Assembly: GCA_964612925.1 (NCBI GenBank)
Contig: CAZTFU010000001.1
Coordinates: 81,958-145,957, forward strand
Origin: an uncultured Clostridium sp.
GTDB lineage: Bacteria; Bacillota; Clostridia; Christensenellales; CAG-138
Direction: 5' to 3'
DNA length: 64,000 nt
The first letter of the stretch is position 1. The number at the start of each line of letters is the position of its first letter. The translations under genes and the position numbers were made by a program. Below the pieces are notes generated by a model. It had not been told where the DNA came from. It worked only from the letters and a program-made list of their open reading frames with translations, and searched no databases. This document shows, piece by piece, positions 12,375 through 22,655 of this stretch.

Positions 12375-13588
12375 TTGGCAAGCTGCTTTTTCAGTGAGTC
12401 ATTGCGCTTTTGTAGTTCCTGCACGTCCTTTTCCGTGGCGGGTGTGCCGTCCTTGCGGGAGAAGCGTATGTCGGGATTGGTGTTGGTGTCTACAGTGCTG
12501 TCTATAGGTGCATATTGCCCCTGCGTTGGGTCTATCCATGCTATATCGTTGATATTAACGGTTTTTGAATAAACCTTGCCGCTTGCAGAGTAGCTTTCCG
12601 CTTCCATTTTTGACGGAGATACGAACACGCCATTGCCGATTTTGTTTGAGCTATAGACTGTTATGTTTCCGCTTTGAACCGCTTCCTCGGCCATTTGGCG
12701 CGTATAGTCGGGGTCGTATTCCGTATACTCGCTCCATTCGGGGTCAGTCAAGGTTTCCTCGAGCGTCTTTATCTCATCTGCACTTCTTATCCATGTATGA
12801 TAATCATCCTGCGCAGCATTGCTGTTCTGGATAACGGTAAACTGAGCTTCCTTTTGCGTTGTGGCGGTTTGTTCGGCAGAGTTCTTAGAAGATTGCTTGA
12901 CATTTTTGCTTGACTGCTTGTAATTTGATATTTTCTGTAGTATATTAACAACGGAAGGTGCATCCGTTACGGTACTCCGGGCTTTGATGCCAGAGCCGTT
13001 CTTGAAAGCGGATGCGCTTTCTGCTATTACTTCATGCAAATAAAAAGTATCCTCAGTGTTTGTTTTTTCTAACACAGCACCAACATAGTACAATTCATTT
13101 GCTAACGTTATAGGAGATGCAATTACCACAGTATCATATCCGCGACCTTTCCAGTTATACTGAACATCTACTATTTTGCCATGCTCGATGACGGCGGGCA
13201 CAGCCGCAAAAGCTGCCGCTTTGTTTCGTCCTATTCCATGGGCGATGTCGCTTTTGACGCCTGTTCTTGTAAGCTTAATTGTGCCGAGTTCGGGATTTAC
13301 CGCTTCACCGCCGATACTTTCAAAAAAGTTACTTACTTGCGTAACTAAGTCAGTATCGCCTTTTGCAAATTCGGTGCCTTTGATTTGGGCAACTGGTTGC
13401 ATATCTGCTACCGACTTATAGTTGCTTTCAATGTCAACTTTGCTTGCAAAATCGGGACTAAGACGCGGCGAAAACTTTATCCCACCTGCATCCCCTTCTG
13501 CGCTCTTCCCCTTCGTACTCTCCAATGCATCAAAGTACAACTCGGCAATTAAGTCAACCGCTTTCTGCTGAGTGCGTACAACCTCCAT
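12239..13588 (-). CDS. orphan internal fragment of a large mobile-element (phage/ICE) polyvalent-type protein; probable pseudogene
   Basis: The frame stays open and protein-like upstream of the first ATG to about 13745 (...TDEKQAKRFTDRIVNSDSTVRKWFEGIIEKIRSILKKAYDALKREKSWEQ-MEVV...) with no start codon or RBS. The last ~45 codons (from AKRPSEV) run into the inverted-repeat element and look non-native. Its modules resemble polyvalent-protein domains, recalled from memory only. Confidence 0.5.
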   Translation of the reverse strand: MEVVRTQQKAVDLIAELYFDALESTKGKSAEGDAGGIKFSPRLSPDFASKVDIESNYKSVADMQPVAQIKGTEFAKGDTDLVTQVSNFFESIGGEAVNPELGTIKLTRTGVKSDIAHGIGRNKAAAFAAVPAVIEHGKIVDVQYNWKGRGYDTVVIASPITLANELYYVGAVLEKTNTEDTFYLHEVIAESASAFKNGSGIKARSTVTDAPSVVNILQKISNYKQSSKNVKQSSKNSAEQTATTQKEAQFTVIQNSNAAQDDYHTWIRSADEIKTLEETLTDPEWSEYTEYDPDYTRQMAEEAVQSGNITVYSSNKIGNGVFVSPSKMEAESYSASGKVYSKTVNINDIAWIDPTQGQYAPIDSTVDTNTNPDIRFSRKDGTPATEKDVQELQKRNDSLKKQLAKRPSEVRNIRLKRHCLANHFVTRASSCLRYGFALVPCAWHKHCSF

Positions 13589-13767
13589 CTGCTCCCAGCT
13601 CTTTTCACGCTTTAGAGCATCATAAGCTTTTTTGAGGATAGAGCGTATCTTCTCTATAATCCCCTCGAACCATTTTCTTACGGTGCTGTCGGAATTGACT
13701 ATCCTATCCGTAAACCGTTTGGCTTGCTTTTCATCCGTGAGTATTACGGGTGCGGTGTTGGTGGAAC

Positions 13768-13836
13768 GAAAAAGGCCACTGCATTGTATCGGGGGGCAAG
13801 GGACCCAATGCCCAAGGCGCCCGATGTTTGCAGTGG
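13768..13836 (-). terminator. long-stem terminator downstream of the DUF1002 gene
   Basis: On the minus strand, CCACTGCA...TGCAGTGG encloses an inner CATCGGG/CCCGAT helix and is followed by CCTTTTTCG. Confidence 0.6.
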
Positions 13837-13889
13837 TCTTTTTCCCGCAAGATGAAATTATGCGGGAAATATGAGAAACATATTTTTAC

Positions 13890-14765
13890 TTACTTTCCGC
13901 CGAACAGTTTGGTGAAGAAGTTACCCACGGAGGCGAAGAAACTCTTTACGCTTTCGCCTATCTTGCTCAACGTTTGAGTAACTTTGTTGGCTCCGTCCAC
14001 GGTTTTGGCTATGCCTACAAGCTTATTCTTTAATTCCTCGGTGTCCAGCTTTTCAAGACTGCGGCAAAGCGATACAAGCTGATCCTTTTGCGAATCGTTA
14101 AGCGATACATTGTACGTTTCGCAAAGCTTATCTATTTCGGCCTTGACTTCTTCATCGGTCATGGTCTGGGTTTGATCGAGTATTGACTTCAAGTCGTTAA
14201 CGAGCTGAGCCGCTTCCTCACTGCCGATATATTCGGCAAGACTGCCTGTTGTTACAAGCTCTTCCACACCAACGGCCTTTGCAATCTCATTGAGGCTTGA
14301 ACCCGTTATATCCTCATATGCCTTATATATTCCCGTAAGTGCCGCCGTGCCCGATACGTCAAATGGTGCCGTTATAATAACGGTTGCATCGGTTATACCT
14401 GCCGTGGTAAGCGCGTTTATGTACATTTCCGCAGTGCACCAGTTGATGTGCTTTGTGGTGATGTTTAATCCGCTGCCTTTCTCACCTATTACTATATATG
14501 TGCAGGACAGTGCCACACTGCCTATTTTCCTTTCGGGTGCAATACCCTCAAGGCATTCGCGCTCATCGGCATTTGTAACGATTATTTCTTCAACATCACC
14601 GCTCTCAATGCCAAAATCCGCATATACGCTTGAGCGTTGTTCCTCGTCAAGGTCAGCACCTATAGTAACACGGGCATCGCCTTGCTCCATGGCAAGAGCA
14701 AAGCTTGGTACAAGGCAAAGCACCATGCACAGTGCAACCGCAAGCGATATTATCTTTGCTTTCAT
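13890..14765 (-). CDS. secreted DUF1002 (YpuA-like) domain protein
   Basis: Signal peptide MKAKIISLAVALCMVLCLVPSFALA, then the DUF1002-like VTIGADLDEEQRSSVYADFGI...ALSCTYI... and a helical C-terminal region. GGAGGAG lies upstream of ATG 14765. Confidence 0.75.
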   Translation of the reverse strand: MKAKIISLAVALCMVLCLVPSFALAMEQGDARVTIGADLDEEQRSSVYADFGIESGDVEEIIVTNADERECLEGIAPERKIGSVALSCTYIVIGEKGSGLNITTKHINWCTAEMYINALTTAGITDATVIITAPFDVSGTAALTGIYKAYEDITGSSLNEIAKAVGVEELVTTGSLAEYIGSEEAAQLVNDLKSILDQTQTMTDEEVKAEIDKLCETYNVSLNDSQKDQLVSLCRSLEKLDTEELKNKLVGIAKTVDGANKVTQTLSKIGESVKSFFASVGNFFTKLFGGK

Positions 14766-14902
14766 AATCTCTCCTCCTAAAATTCCGCTTAACACAAAAT
14801 TTATATTCGGATTATACCACATATCTGCCAAAAACATATTAACACGCTGTGAAATTTGCTCCCAAAGCACATACAGATTATGTCAAATAGGGTAGAATAA
14901 TG

Positions 14903-14937
14903 AAAAACCCGCCTAAGCGGGTGTGCTTAGGGCGGGT
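14903..14937 (-). terminator. rho-independent terminator of the permease gene
   Basis: Minus strand: CCCGCCCTAAGC-acacc-GCTTAGGCGGG followed by TTTTT. Confidence 0.75.
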
Positions 14938-14956
14938 GTATAAGGCTTAAGTTTTA

Positions 14957-16312
14957 TTATTCGCCTTTGGCCGCATAATGCTTGCGGGTAAGGATATAAA
15001 CCGGCAAACCGATAAGGGTTACAACTATACTGCCGACTGAAAGCAGAGTGGCTTTCGTGCCGCTGAGGAACAGCTGGCTTATCATAACGTATACGCCGCT
15101 GATGATGGCCAGTATAGGTATAACGGGGTAGCAGGGAACCTTGTACTTACGCTCAAGGTTGGGCTGCTTACGGCGCAGGGTCATCACGCAGGCAAAGGTC
15201 AGCGTGTAGAATATCCAGCAGGAGAATACCGCAAGGTCGGTAAGCATATCGAACTGCTGAGTGATGGAGAACAGGCAGCCGAGGAAGCCGATAAGAATGA
15301 TGGAGTTGGTGGGAACGTCATTCTTATTGAGCTTTGCAAATGCACCGCTGAAGGGTATGGACTTCTGCTCGCCAAGGTAGTAAGCAACGCGGGAACCGGA
15401 AAGCAGGAAGCCGTTTGCAGCACCTATAACGGAGATGATGATACCGAACTTAACAAGCGTTCCGCCGACGGGCCCGAATATCCTCATTGCAACTTCCGCC
15501 GCGGGGGATTCATAGCACATAAGCTCGCTTGCGGGCATGACCCAAAGGTAAGCCATGTTGATTACGAAGTAAACGGCCATTATGATGGACACGCCGCCGA
15601 CTATTGCGCGGGGCAGGTCGCGACCGGGGTTCTTCATTTCGCCGGCTATTGCACCAACGTTTGTCCAGCCTTCAAATGCGAACAACACGGCAATAAGCGT
15701 CTGGCCGAGTGCGGCACCGGTGCTGATCTGGGTGCCGGTAGCCGCATCTTCACCTACCATCGGGGTGAAAATGGGGTTTCCGCCTTCACCGAGAATGAAG
15801 CCGAAGATCATAAGCAGTACAAGGGGGATAAGCTTGCATATCGTGGAAACGATCTGCACGCCGGAAGCCGCCTTGTTACCAAGGGTATTGACGGCAACAA
15901 GAATAATTATTACCGCCATGCCGATGGGCAGAGCAAACTGAGAACCGAAGTATTCGGAAAGTTCGGAACCGACACGCACGGCATAACCCGCAAGGAAGGC
16001 AGGGTAGAAAATGATTACCTGCATCCAACCTGCAAGGAAGCCGACCTTGTCATTATAAACCTCACCAAGGTAGGTGACCATACCGCCGGTCTTGGGGATG
16101 AGCACGGCAACTTCCGCAAAAGTCAATGCGCCGAGTATGCTGGCCAAGCCGCCGATTATCCATGCGAGCATGCCCATTCCGGGTGCGCCGCCGGTGGCAT
16201 TGTATATAGCGTACGGCTTAAAGAATACGCCCGCACCTATAACGCAGCCAACAACAACGGACATTGCGGACATTACACCAAGGTTTTTCCTGAGTCCTTG
16301 TTTCTTTTCCAT
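14957..16312 (-). CDS. APC-superfamily amino acid permease (LAT/SteT-like)
   Basis: About 12 predicted TM segments. The N-terminal GVMSAMSVVVGCVIGAGVFFKP motif is typical of APC amino-acid transporters. Confidence 0.85.
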   Translation of the reverse strand: MEKKQGLRKNLGVMSAMSVVVGCVIGAGVFFKPYAIYNATGGAPGMGMLAWIIGGLASILGALTFAEVAVLIPKTGGMVTYLGEVYNDKVGFLAGWMQVIIFYPAFLAGYAVRVGSELSEYFGSQFALPIGMAVIIILVAVNTLGNKAASGVQIVSTICKLIPLVLLMIFGFILGEGGNPIFTPMVGEDAATGTQISTGAALGQTLIAVLFAFEGWTNVGAIAGEMKNPGRDLPRAIVGGVSIIMAVYFVINMAYLWVMPASELMCYESPAAEVAMRIFGPVGGTLVKFGIIISVIGAANGFLLSGSRVAYYLGEQKSIPFSGAFAKLNKNDVPTNSIILIGFLGCLFSITQQFDMLTDLAVFSCWIFYTLTFACVMTLRRKQPNLERKYKVPCYPVIPILAIISGVYVMISQLFLSGTKATLLSVGSIVVTLIGLPVYILTRKHYAAKGE

Positions 16313-16569
16313 TTTGTTGAAACCTTTCTGTTTGTTTTAACAGTGCCATAAGCATTGTTATTTTTTGCGCAAATGCCTGCGCTTGATTGCAAATATAGAC
16401 CAAAAAAGATGTTTTGTCAATGACAATTCTGATATCATTCAAACAAATGATAATAAATCGTGTCAAAACTGTGGCGGTATACAACAATGTATATAGCCGA
16501 TTGCAGTGCTATATTGGTAGATATATGGTATAATGAGTATAGAATACGGGTTGAAAGGGGAGAACGGCT

Positions 16570-18837
16570 ATGTATGCAAGAGTATTGGTGGATGTAGCGC
16601 ACAGCAATGTGGACAAGCTGTTCACCTATGAAGTGCCAGAGAATATGCAGTTGACCGTTGGACGCAGGGTGCTTGTGCCGTTTGGCGTGGGAAATCGCAG
16701 CACGGAAGGATTTGTCATAGAGCTAAGCGAGACCGCGCCCGAGGGAATAGAACGCATAAAAAGAATAATTCGCACAATGGAGCCGTACTCTGCACTTACA
16801 AAAGAGCAGATAGTGCTTGCTGAATGGATATGCAAAAGCTATCATTGCCTGATGGTAGAAGCGTTGCGGCTGATGATACCCGCACAGCTTAGGGGCGGCA
16901 GGGTAAAGGAAAAGACGGAACGCATAGTGCGCATTTCCCCGAATGCGGATATTGAAGATGCTATAGAATCGCTGAAGCGCAAGGACGGAACATCGCGCGC
17001 ACCCAAGCAAAGCGAAGTGCTTGAGCTTATGGCGGGAATCAATGCGGCGGTAAGCGTGGCCGATATAAACTCGTTCATACCAAATGCAACGGCGGCGGTA
17101 AATGCACTTATAAAAAAGGGTATACTTACGGATGACAGCTTTGTTGTGTACCGTGATCCGTTCGCAAATATGACTTTAGAACCGTCCAAACCGCTTAGAC
17201 TTACGGAAAAACAGGCGGAGGCGCTTGAAAAGATAAATAAAAGCATAGACGAAGGTTGCGGCACGAACCTGCTTTTCGGCGTTACGGGCAGCGGCAAAAC
17301 GGAAGTGTATATGCAGGCCATAAGTCATGCGCTGTCACTTGGGGGTCAAGCCATAGTGCTTGTGCCGGAGATATCATTGACACCGCAGGCAATGCAGCGA
17401 TTCAAAAGTCGTTTTGGCAACAGAGTGGCCGTATTGCACAGCCGTCTGTCATATGGCGAAAGATATGATGAGTGGCGGCGAATTCGACTTGGCATGGTGG
17501 ATGTGGTGATAGGTGCACGCAGTGCGGTATTTGCGCCGCTTGAAAGGGTACGTCTTATTGTTATAGATGAAGAACATGAGCAAAGCTACCATAGCGACCA
17601 TACTCCGCGCTACGGTGCGGCAGAAGTTGCCAAGAAGCGTGCGGAGCTTTCGGGCGCGGCCGTGGTTCTTGGCAGTGCAACGCCTTCCGTTGCAACGTTC
17701 AGAAGAGCGTTAAGCGGACGATACGGCCTTATAACGCTTGATAAGCGCGTAAATAATGCCCCGCTGCCGGATGTAAAAATAGTTGATATGCGCACGGAGT
17801 TTCTGAAGGGGAACAACAGCGTTTTCAGCGAGGCACTGCATGATGAGCTGAAACGCTGCTTTGATGCGGGCGAACAAGCGATACTTTTTATGAACAGGCG
17901 CGGATATTCCACGTTTGTATCATGCCGAGGCTGCGGATATACGTTGAAGTGCCCCGGTTGCGACGTTTCAATGACATATCATAAATACGAGAATCTTATG
18001 AAGTGCCATTATTGCGGGCACACCGCACGAATACCGTCAGTGTGTCCCGAATGCGGTAAGCCGTACCTAAAGTATTTTGGTATAGGTACTCAACAGGTGG
18101 AGGAACAGCTTAAAGAGCAATTTCCGGGCGTAAGTTCACTGAGAATGGATCACGATACCACGCAAGGGAAGGACGCCCACTATAAAATACTTGATAAATT
18201 CATGCGTGGTGAGGCACAGGCACTCATAGGCACCCAAATGATAGCCAAGGGGCTGGACATACCAAATGTTACCACGGTGGGCGTTATCGCGGCGGATACC
18301 ATGTTGCATGTACCCGATTACAGGAGTGCTGAACGCACGTTTCAGTTGCTTACGCAGGTTGCGGGCAGGGCGGGACGCGGCGAACGGGAGGGTAGCGTTA
18401 TAGTGCAGAGCTATACACCTGAACATGCCGTTATCGAGCTTGCCGCACGACAGGATTATATGGGCTTTTATAATTTGGAAATTGCCGCAAGGAGGGCGGG
18501 ATTGTTCCCACCGTTCTCGCTTTTTGTGCGTATAGTTTTTACGGGGGAAAACGAAGCGGAGATATGCAATCTCAATGACGGTTTTGCCGATGAGCTTAAA
18601 CGCCGCATATATGGTACGCTTGATGCACTGGGTGCAAGCCGACAGGAAATGCTGTTCATGGTCGCATCTCCCGCGCCGATGAAAAAGCGGCAGGGGCTTT
18701 ATCGATATGAAACACTGATTAAGCTTGTCCGTACAAAGCATACCGCCGCAGTGATAGAAACGATATACACCGTGCATAACGCTCTGCGCAGGATTGAAAT
18801 GGGAAATGTTGAGATAAATCCTTCTGATATGTTCTGA
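16570..18837 (+). CDS. priA: primosomal replication restart helicase PriA
   Basis: GVTGSGKTEVY Walker A, VIDEEHE DEAH box and a Cys-rich zinc-binding insert (CRGCGYTLKCPGCDVSMTYH...CHYCG...CPECG). Confidence 0.95.
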   Translation: MYARVLVDVAHSNVDKLFTYEVPENMQLTVGRRVLVPFGVGNRSTEGFVIELSETAPEGIERIKRIIRTMEPYSALTKEQIVLAEWICKSYHCLMVEALRLMIPAQLRGGRVKEKTERIVRISPNADIEDAIESLKRKDGTSRAPKQSEVLELMAGINAAVSVADINSFIPNATAAVNALIKKGILTDDSFVVYRDPFANMTLEPSKPLRLTEKQAEALEKINKSIDEGCGTNLLFGVTGSGKTEVYMQAISHALSLGGQAIVLVPEISLTPQAMQRFKSRFGNRVAVLHSRLSYGERYDEWRRIRLGMVDVVIGARSAVFAPLERVRLIVIDEEHEQSYHSDHTPRYGAAEVAKKRAELSGAAVVLGSATPSVATFRRALSGRYGLITLDKRVNNAPLPDVKIVDMRTEFLKGNNSVFSEALHDELKRCFDAGEQAILFMNRRGYSTFVSCRGCGYTLKCPGCDVSMTYHKYENLMKCHYCGHTARIPSVCPECGKPYLKYFGIGTQQVEEQLKEQFPGVSSLRMDHDTTQGKDAHYKILDKFMRGEAQALIGTQMIAKGLDIPNVTTVGVIAADTMLHVPDYRSAERTFQLLTQVAGRAGRGEREGSVIVQSYTPEHAVIELAARQDYMGFYNLEIAARRAGLFPPFSLFVRIVFTGENEAEICNLNDGFADELKRRIYGTLDALGASRQEMLFMVASPAPMKKRQGLYRYETLIKLVRTKHTAAVIETIYTVHNALRRIEMGNVEINPSDMF

Positions 18838-18898
18838 GTATTGATTCGGAAGGGTTTTGCGGGTTATAATATTTTTTGACAGATTATTGGAGGTTTTT

Positions 18899-19375
18899 AT
18901 GGCTAAGAGACATATTTTTACCGGTGATGCGGCATGCCTGTATAAAGTTTGCAGAAAAGTGGACAAGTTTGATGCTCGCCTTGCGATACTGCTTGACGAC
19001 ATGGCGGAAACAATGTATGCGGCAGAGGGCGTAGGCTTGGCCGCACCACAGGTTGGCATAGTAAAAAGGGTGGTCGTTATTGATTGCGGGGACGGGCTTG
19101 TTGAGCTCATTAACCCCGAAATAATAGAAACGAGCGGCGAACAGGGCGGATATGAAGGTTGCCTTTCATTTCCGGGTGAAAGAGGATATGTTGTAAGGCC
19201 GAATCACGTGCGCGTTCGTGCGCAGGACAGGCACGGCAATGAATGCGAGTATGTGGGTGAGGAACTTTTTGCAAGAGCAATACTGCATGAAACCGATCAC
19301 CTTGACGGACTTGTGTACAAGCGGCTTGTTACCGAAGCGCCCGAAGGATATGACGAAGCAGAGGATGAAGAATGA
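18899..19375 (+). CDS. def: peptide deformylase
   Basis: GVGLAAPQ, EGCLSFPG and HETDHLDG motifs. GGAGG lies upstream of ATG 18899. Confidence 0.93.
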   Translation: MAKRHIFTGDAACLYKVCRKVDKFDARLAILLDDMAETMYAAEGVGLAAPQVGIVKRVVVIDCGDGLVELINPEIIETSGEQGGYEGCLSFPGERGYVVRPNHVRVRAQDRHGNECEYVGEELFARAILHETDHLDGLVYKRLVTEAPEGYDEAEDEE

Positions 19376-20301
19376 AAATAGCCTTTTTGGGCACGCCTGA
19401 TTTTGCGTTGCCGTCATTAAAAATGCTTGTTGAACGCGGAGATGATATCGTCGTGTTTACTCAGCTTGACAAACCCGTAGGGCGCAAGGCGGTGCTTACT
19501 CCGCCTGCGGTAAAAAAGGCCGCGCTTGAATACGGGCTTAAAGTGTATCAATTCGAGAAAATAAGAAGCGCAGAGGGCGTGGCCGCGTTGCGGGCAGAAA
19601 AGCCCGACCTTATGGTAACGGCTGCATTCGGGCAGCTGTTGAGTAAGGAAAACCTTGAAATACCTAAATACGGCTGTATAAACGTACATGGCAGTCTGCT
19701 TCCGAAATATCGCGGTGCGGCACCCATACAGTGGGCGGTCATAAACGGCGAAAAGAAAACCGGCGTTACGACAATGCTTACCGACATCGGCCTTGATACC
19801 GGCGATATGCTTTTGAAAAAAGAAACCGAAATAGGGGAAAATGAGACCGCGGGCGAGCTTTTCGACCGATTGGCTGAAATTGGTGCGGAGCTTTTGAAAG
19901 AAACGATAGAGTGCCTTGAACGCGGCGAATTGAAACCCGTCAAACAGGACGAAGCCGAAGCAACAAAATGCGGCATGATAAAAAAGGAAAACGGCCACAT
20001 TGACTTTTCGCGCGGAGCTAAAGCCGTACACGACCTTGTGCGCGGAATGAATCCGTGGCCGTGTGCATATGCGATGCTTGACGGCCAAATGGTAAAAATT
20101 TGGGCAACGCGCAGATCAAATGCGGAACAAAGTCATGGAACGGCGGGATTGATAATCCGTGCGGACAGGGAAAACGGTATACTTGTTGACTGCATCGACG
20201 GTGTGATCGAAATATGCGAGCTTCAGTTTTCGGGAGCAAAGCGCATGAACGCGAAAGATGCCGTGCTTGGGCATAAAATATGCGGAAAGGTGTTTGAGTG
20301 A
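19372..20301 (+). CDS. fmt: methionyl-tRNA formyltransferase
   Basis: FLGTPDFALPSL N-terminus and the NVHGSLLPKYRGAAPIQWAV motif. The start overlaps the def stop. Confidence 0.95.
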   Translation: MKIAFLGTPDFALPSLKMLVERGDDIVVFTQLDKPVGRKAVLTPPAVKKAALEYGLKVYQFEKIRSAEGVAALRAEKPDLMVTAAFGQLLSKENLEIPKYGCINVHGSLLPKYRGAAPIQWAVINGEKKTGVTTMLTDIGLDTGDMLLKKETEIGENETAGELFDRLAEIGAELLKETIECLERGELKPVKQDEAEATKCGMIKKENGHIDFSRGAKAVHDLVRGMNPWPCAYAMLDGQMVKIWATRRSNAEQSHGTAGLIIRADRENGILVDCIDGVIEICELQFSGAKRMNAKDAVLGHKICGKVFE

Positions 20302-21599
20302 ACGCGAGAAGGGCAGCACTTACCGCGCTGGGCGATATTGTTGACAACGGGGCATATGCTAACCTTAGCCTGAAAAAGGCGCAGCAAGGGCTTGACGAAA
20401 GGGATGCAAGGTGGGTATCCGCAGCGGTATATTGCACGCTTGACCATCTTATGATGATAGACAGAATAATTGCTCTGCACGCTAAGGGAAAGCTTGATAA
20501 GGTCATACGCAATATACTCAGACTTGGGGTTTGCCAAGTAAAGTATATGTCTGTACCGAACAGTGCGGCGTGCAACGAATCGGTTAGACTGGCAAAGCAG
20601 GTTGGCAAGGGTGCATTGTCCGGCTATGTCAACGGCGTAATGCGCTCAGTTTGTCGCGATGATACCATGCCGAATCTTCCCAATGATCCGATAGAAAGGC
20701 TGAGCATTGAGTTTAGCTGGCCCGAATGGTTGGTGCGAGAGCTTGTTGCGGATTACGGCATAGAAACGGTGTCTAAGCTGATAGCCGAAAAGGAACACGG
20801 CTTTTGCGTGCGGGCACAGTGGCCGTATACATCTGATGAGCTTGAACAAGAGCTTAAAAAAAGGAATGTGAGTTTTAGCCGAGGGAAAATCGATGCGGAC
20901 TCGTTTCGACTTGAAAACGGCTTTAATGTTGAACGTGAGCCGATTTTTACAAACGGAAACATAACCGTGCAAAGCGAAAGCGCAATGCTTGTGTGCAGAG
21001 CCGTTGAACCCAAGGCGGGAATGAGAATACTTGATGCCTGTTGTGCTCCCGGTGGGAAAACGGCGTATATGGCATCGCTTGCGGAAAACGGGTGTGAGAT
21101 AGTTGGATTTGAACTGCATGAACACAGGCGTAGCCTTACCGAAAAAACGCTTGAAAGGTTGCATGTCGACAATGCGGAGATAATTCAAAAAGATGCGGCG
21201 GAATACGACGCGGCATTTGAAGAACAATTCGATGCCGTGCTTGTCGATGCACCGTGTTCGGGCCTTGGTGTTCGAGGAAAGCCCGATGTTCGCTATGCCA
21301 AAACAAGCGATATGATAGACGAACTCAGTGCATTGCAAACACGGATACTGAATACATGCGCACACTATGTAAAAAAGGGAGGCGCGCTTGTATATTCGAC
21401 ATGTACGGTATCGGGAAGGGAAAATTTTGCCGTAGCAAGGCGCTTTCTTGACGAAAACGGCAATTATGATTCGGGCAATATGGCCGAATTGCTTCCCGAT
21501 GACATGAAAAACAGAGCGGAGGGCGGCTTTATTCAGCTCTTTCCGCATATAGACGGAACCGAAGGGTTCTTTATTGCAAAATTTATACGCAGGAGATAA
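20298..21599 (+). CDS. rsmB: 16S rRNA (cytosine967-C5)-methyltransferase RsmB
   Basis: NusB-like N-terminal domain, DACCAPGGKT SAM motif, and the catalytic DAPCSGLG and YSTCT motifs. GTG start overlaps the fmt stop. Confidence 0.92.
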   Translation: MNARRAALTALGDIVDNGAYANLSLKKAQQGLDERDARWVSAAVYCTLDHLMMIDRIIALHAKGKLDKVIRNILRLGVCQVKYMSVPNSAACNESVRLAKQVGKGALSGYVNGVMRSVCRDDTMPNLPNDPIERLSIEFSWPEWLVRELVADYGIETVSKLIAEKEHGFCVRAQWPYTSDELEQELKKRNVSFSRGKIDADSFRLENGFNVEREPIFTNGNITVQSESAMLVCRAVEPKAGMRILDACCAPGGKTAYMASLAENGCEIVGFELHEHRRSLTEKTLERLHVDNAEIIQKDAAEYDAAFEEQFDAVLVDAPCSGLGVRGKPDVRYAKTSDMIDELSALQTRILNTCAHYVKKGGALVYSTCTVSGRENFAVARRFLDENGNYDSGNMAELLPDDMKNRAEGGFIQLFPHIDGTEGFFIAKFIRRR

Positions 21600-21602
21600 T
21601 GA

Positions 21603-22655
21603 ATGAACGGGCTTGTTTCAATGAATATAGCGGAATTGGAGGCACTTCTTTCACAATGGGGAGAGCCTCGCTTTCGTGCAAAACAGGTGCTTTCGTGGCT
21701 CAGCCGCGGTGTGCGTCCGCAGGAAATGACCAATTTGCCAAAAACACTTAGGAACAGGCTTGAAACCATCCATTTTGACGGGGCGGAAATATATGCCCGT
21801 TTTGTTTCGCAAAAGGACGGTACAATAAAGTATCTTTTCACGCTGTCGGACGGTAATATTGTTGAGGGGGTGCTTATGCGCTATCACTATGGCAATACGC
21901 TTTGCATATCCACTCAGGTCGGTTGCCGTATGGGATGTGCGTTTTGCGCATCAACGCTCGAGGGCTGTATAAGAAACCTCACGCCGGGCGAAATGCTCTC
22001 ATTTGTTGCACTTGCGAATTCGGACGTGCCAAAGGAGGAAGGCCACGACCGAAGCGTTACAAACATAGTATTGATGGGCAGCGGGGAACCGCTTGACAAT
22101 TATGATAATACTGTCAAATTCTTAAAGCTTGTTTCCGCGCAGGAAGGACTTGGAATAAGCCCAAGGAACATTTCGCTTTCAAGTTGCGGACTTGTGCCGC
22201 GCATAGAGACATTGCCAAACGATGCGCCGCACGTTACACTGTCCGTTTCGCTTCATGCGCCAAACGATGATATAAGGAATAAGCTTATGCCGATAAACAA
22301 GGTGTATTGCATTTCTCAGGTGCTTGACGCGGCAAAAAAATATGCCGAGACAACGGGCAGAAGAGTTATTTTTGAATACGCGCTTGTAAAGGGGTTGAAC
22401 GATTCGCTTCAGAATGCAGTGGAACTTGCCACAAGGTTGAAGGGTATAAACTGCCACGTTAATCTTATTCCGCTTAATCCCGTTAAGGAGAGAAATCTCT
22501 TGGGTACAAGTCGAAAGGATGCCGAAACATTCAAAGGCTGGCTTGAAGCAAAGGGCATATCTGCAACGGTAAGGCGTGAAATGGGTGCCGATATAGACGG
22601 AGCCTGCGGCCAACTGAGGCGGCGCGTGCTCTTGCAAAAGGAGGGAGAACTATGA
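21603..22655 (+). CDS. rlmN: 23S rRNA/tRNA (adenine-C2)-methyltransferase RlmN
   Basis: FRAKQV N-terminus, the radical-SAM CRMGCAFCAS motif and C-terminal GACGQL. Confidence 0.95.
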   Translation: MNGLVSMNIAELEALLSQWGEPRFRAKQVLSWLSRGVRPQEMTNLPKTLRNRLETIHFDGAEIYARFVSQKDGTIKYLFTLSDGNIVEGVLMRYHYGNTLCISTQVGCRMGCAFCASTLEGCIRNLTPGEMLSFVALANSDVPKEEGHDRSVTNIVLMGSGEPLDNYDNTVKFLKLVSAQEGLGISPRNISLSSCGLVPRIETLPNDAPHVTLSVSLHAPNDDIRNKLMPINKVYCISQVLDAAKKYAETTGRRVIFEYALVKGLNDSLQNAVELATRLKGINCHVNLIPLNPVKERNLLGTSRKDAETFKGWLEAKGISATVRREMGADIDGACGQLRRRVLLQKEGEL

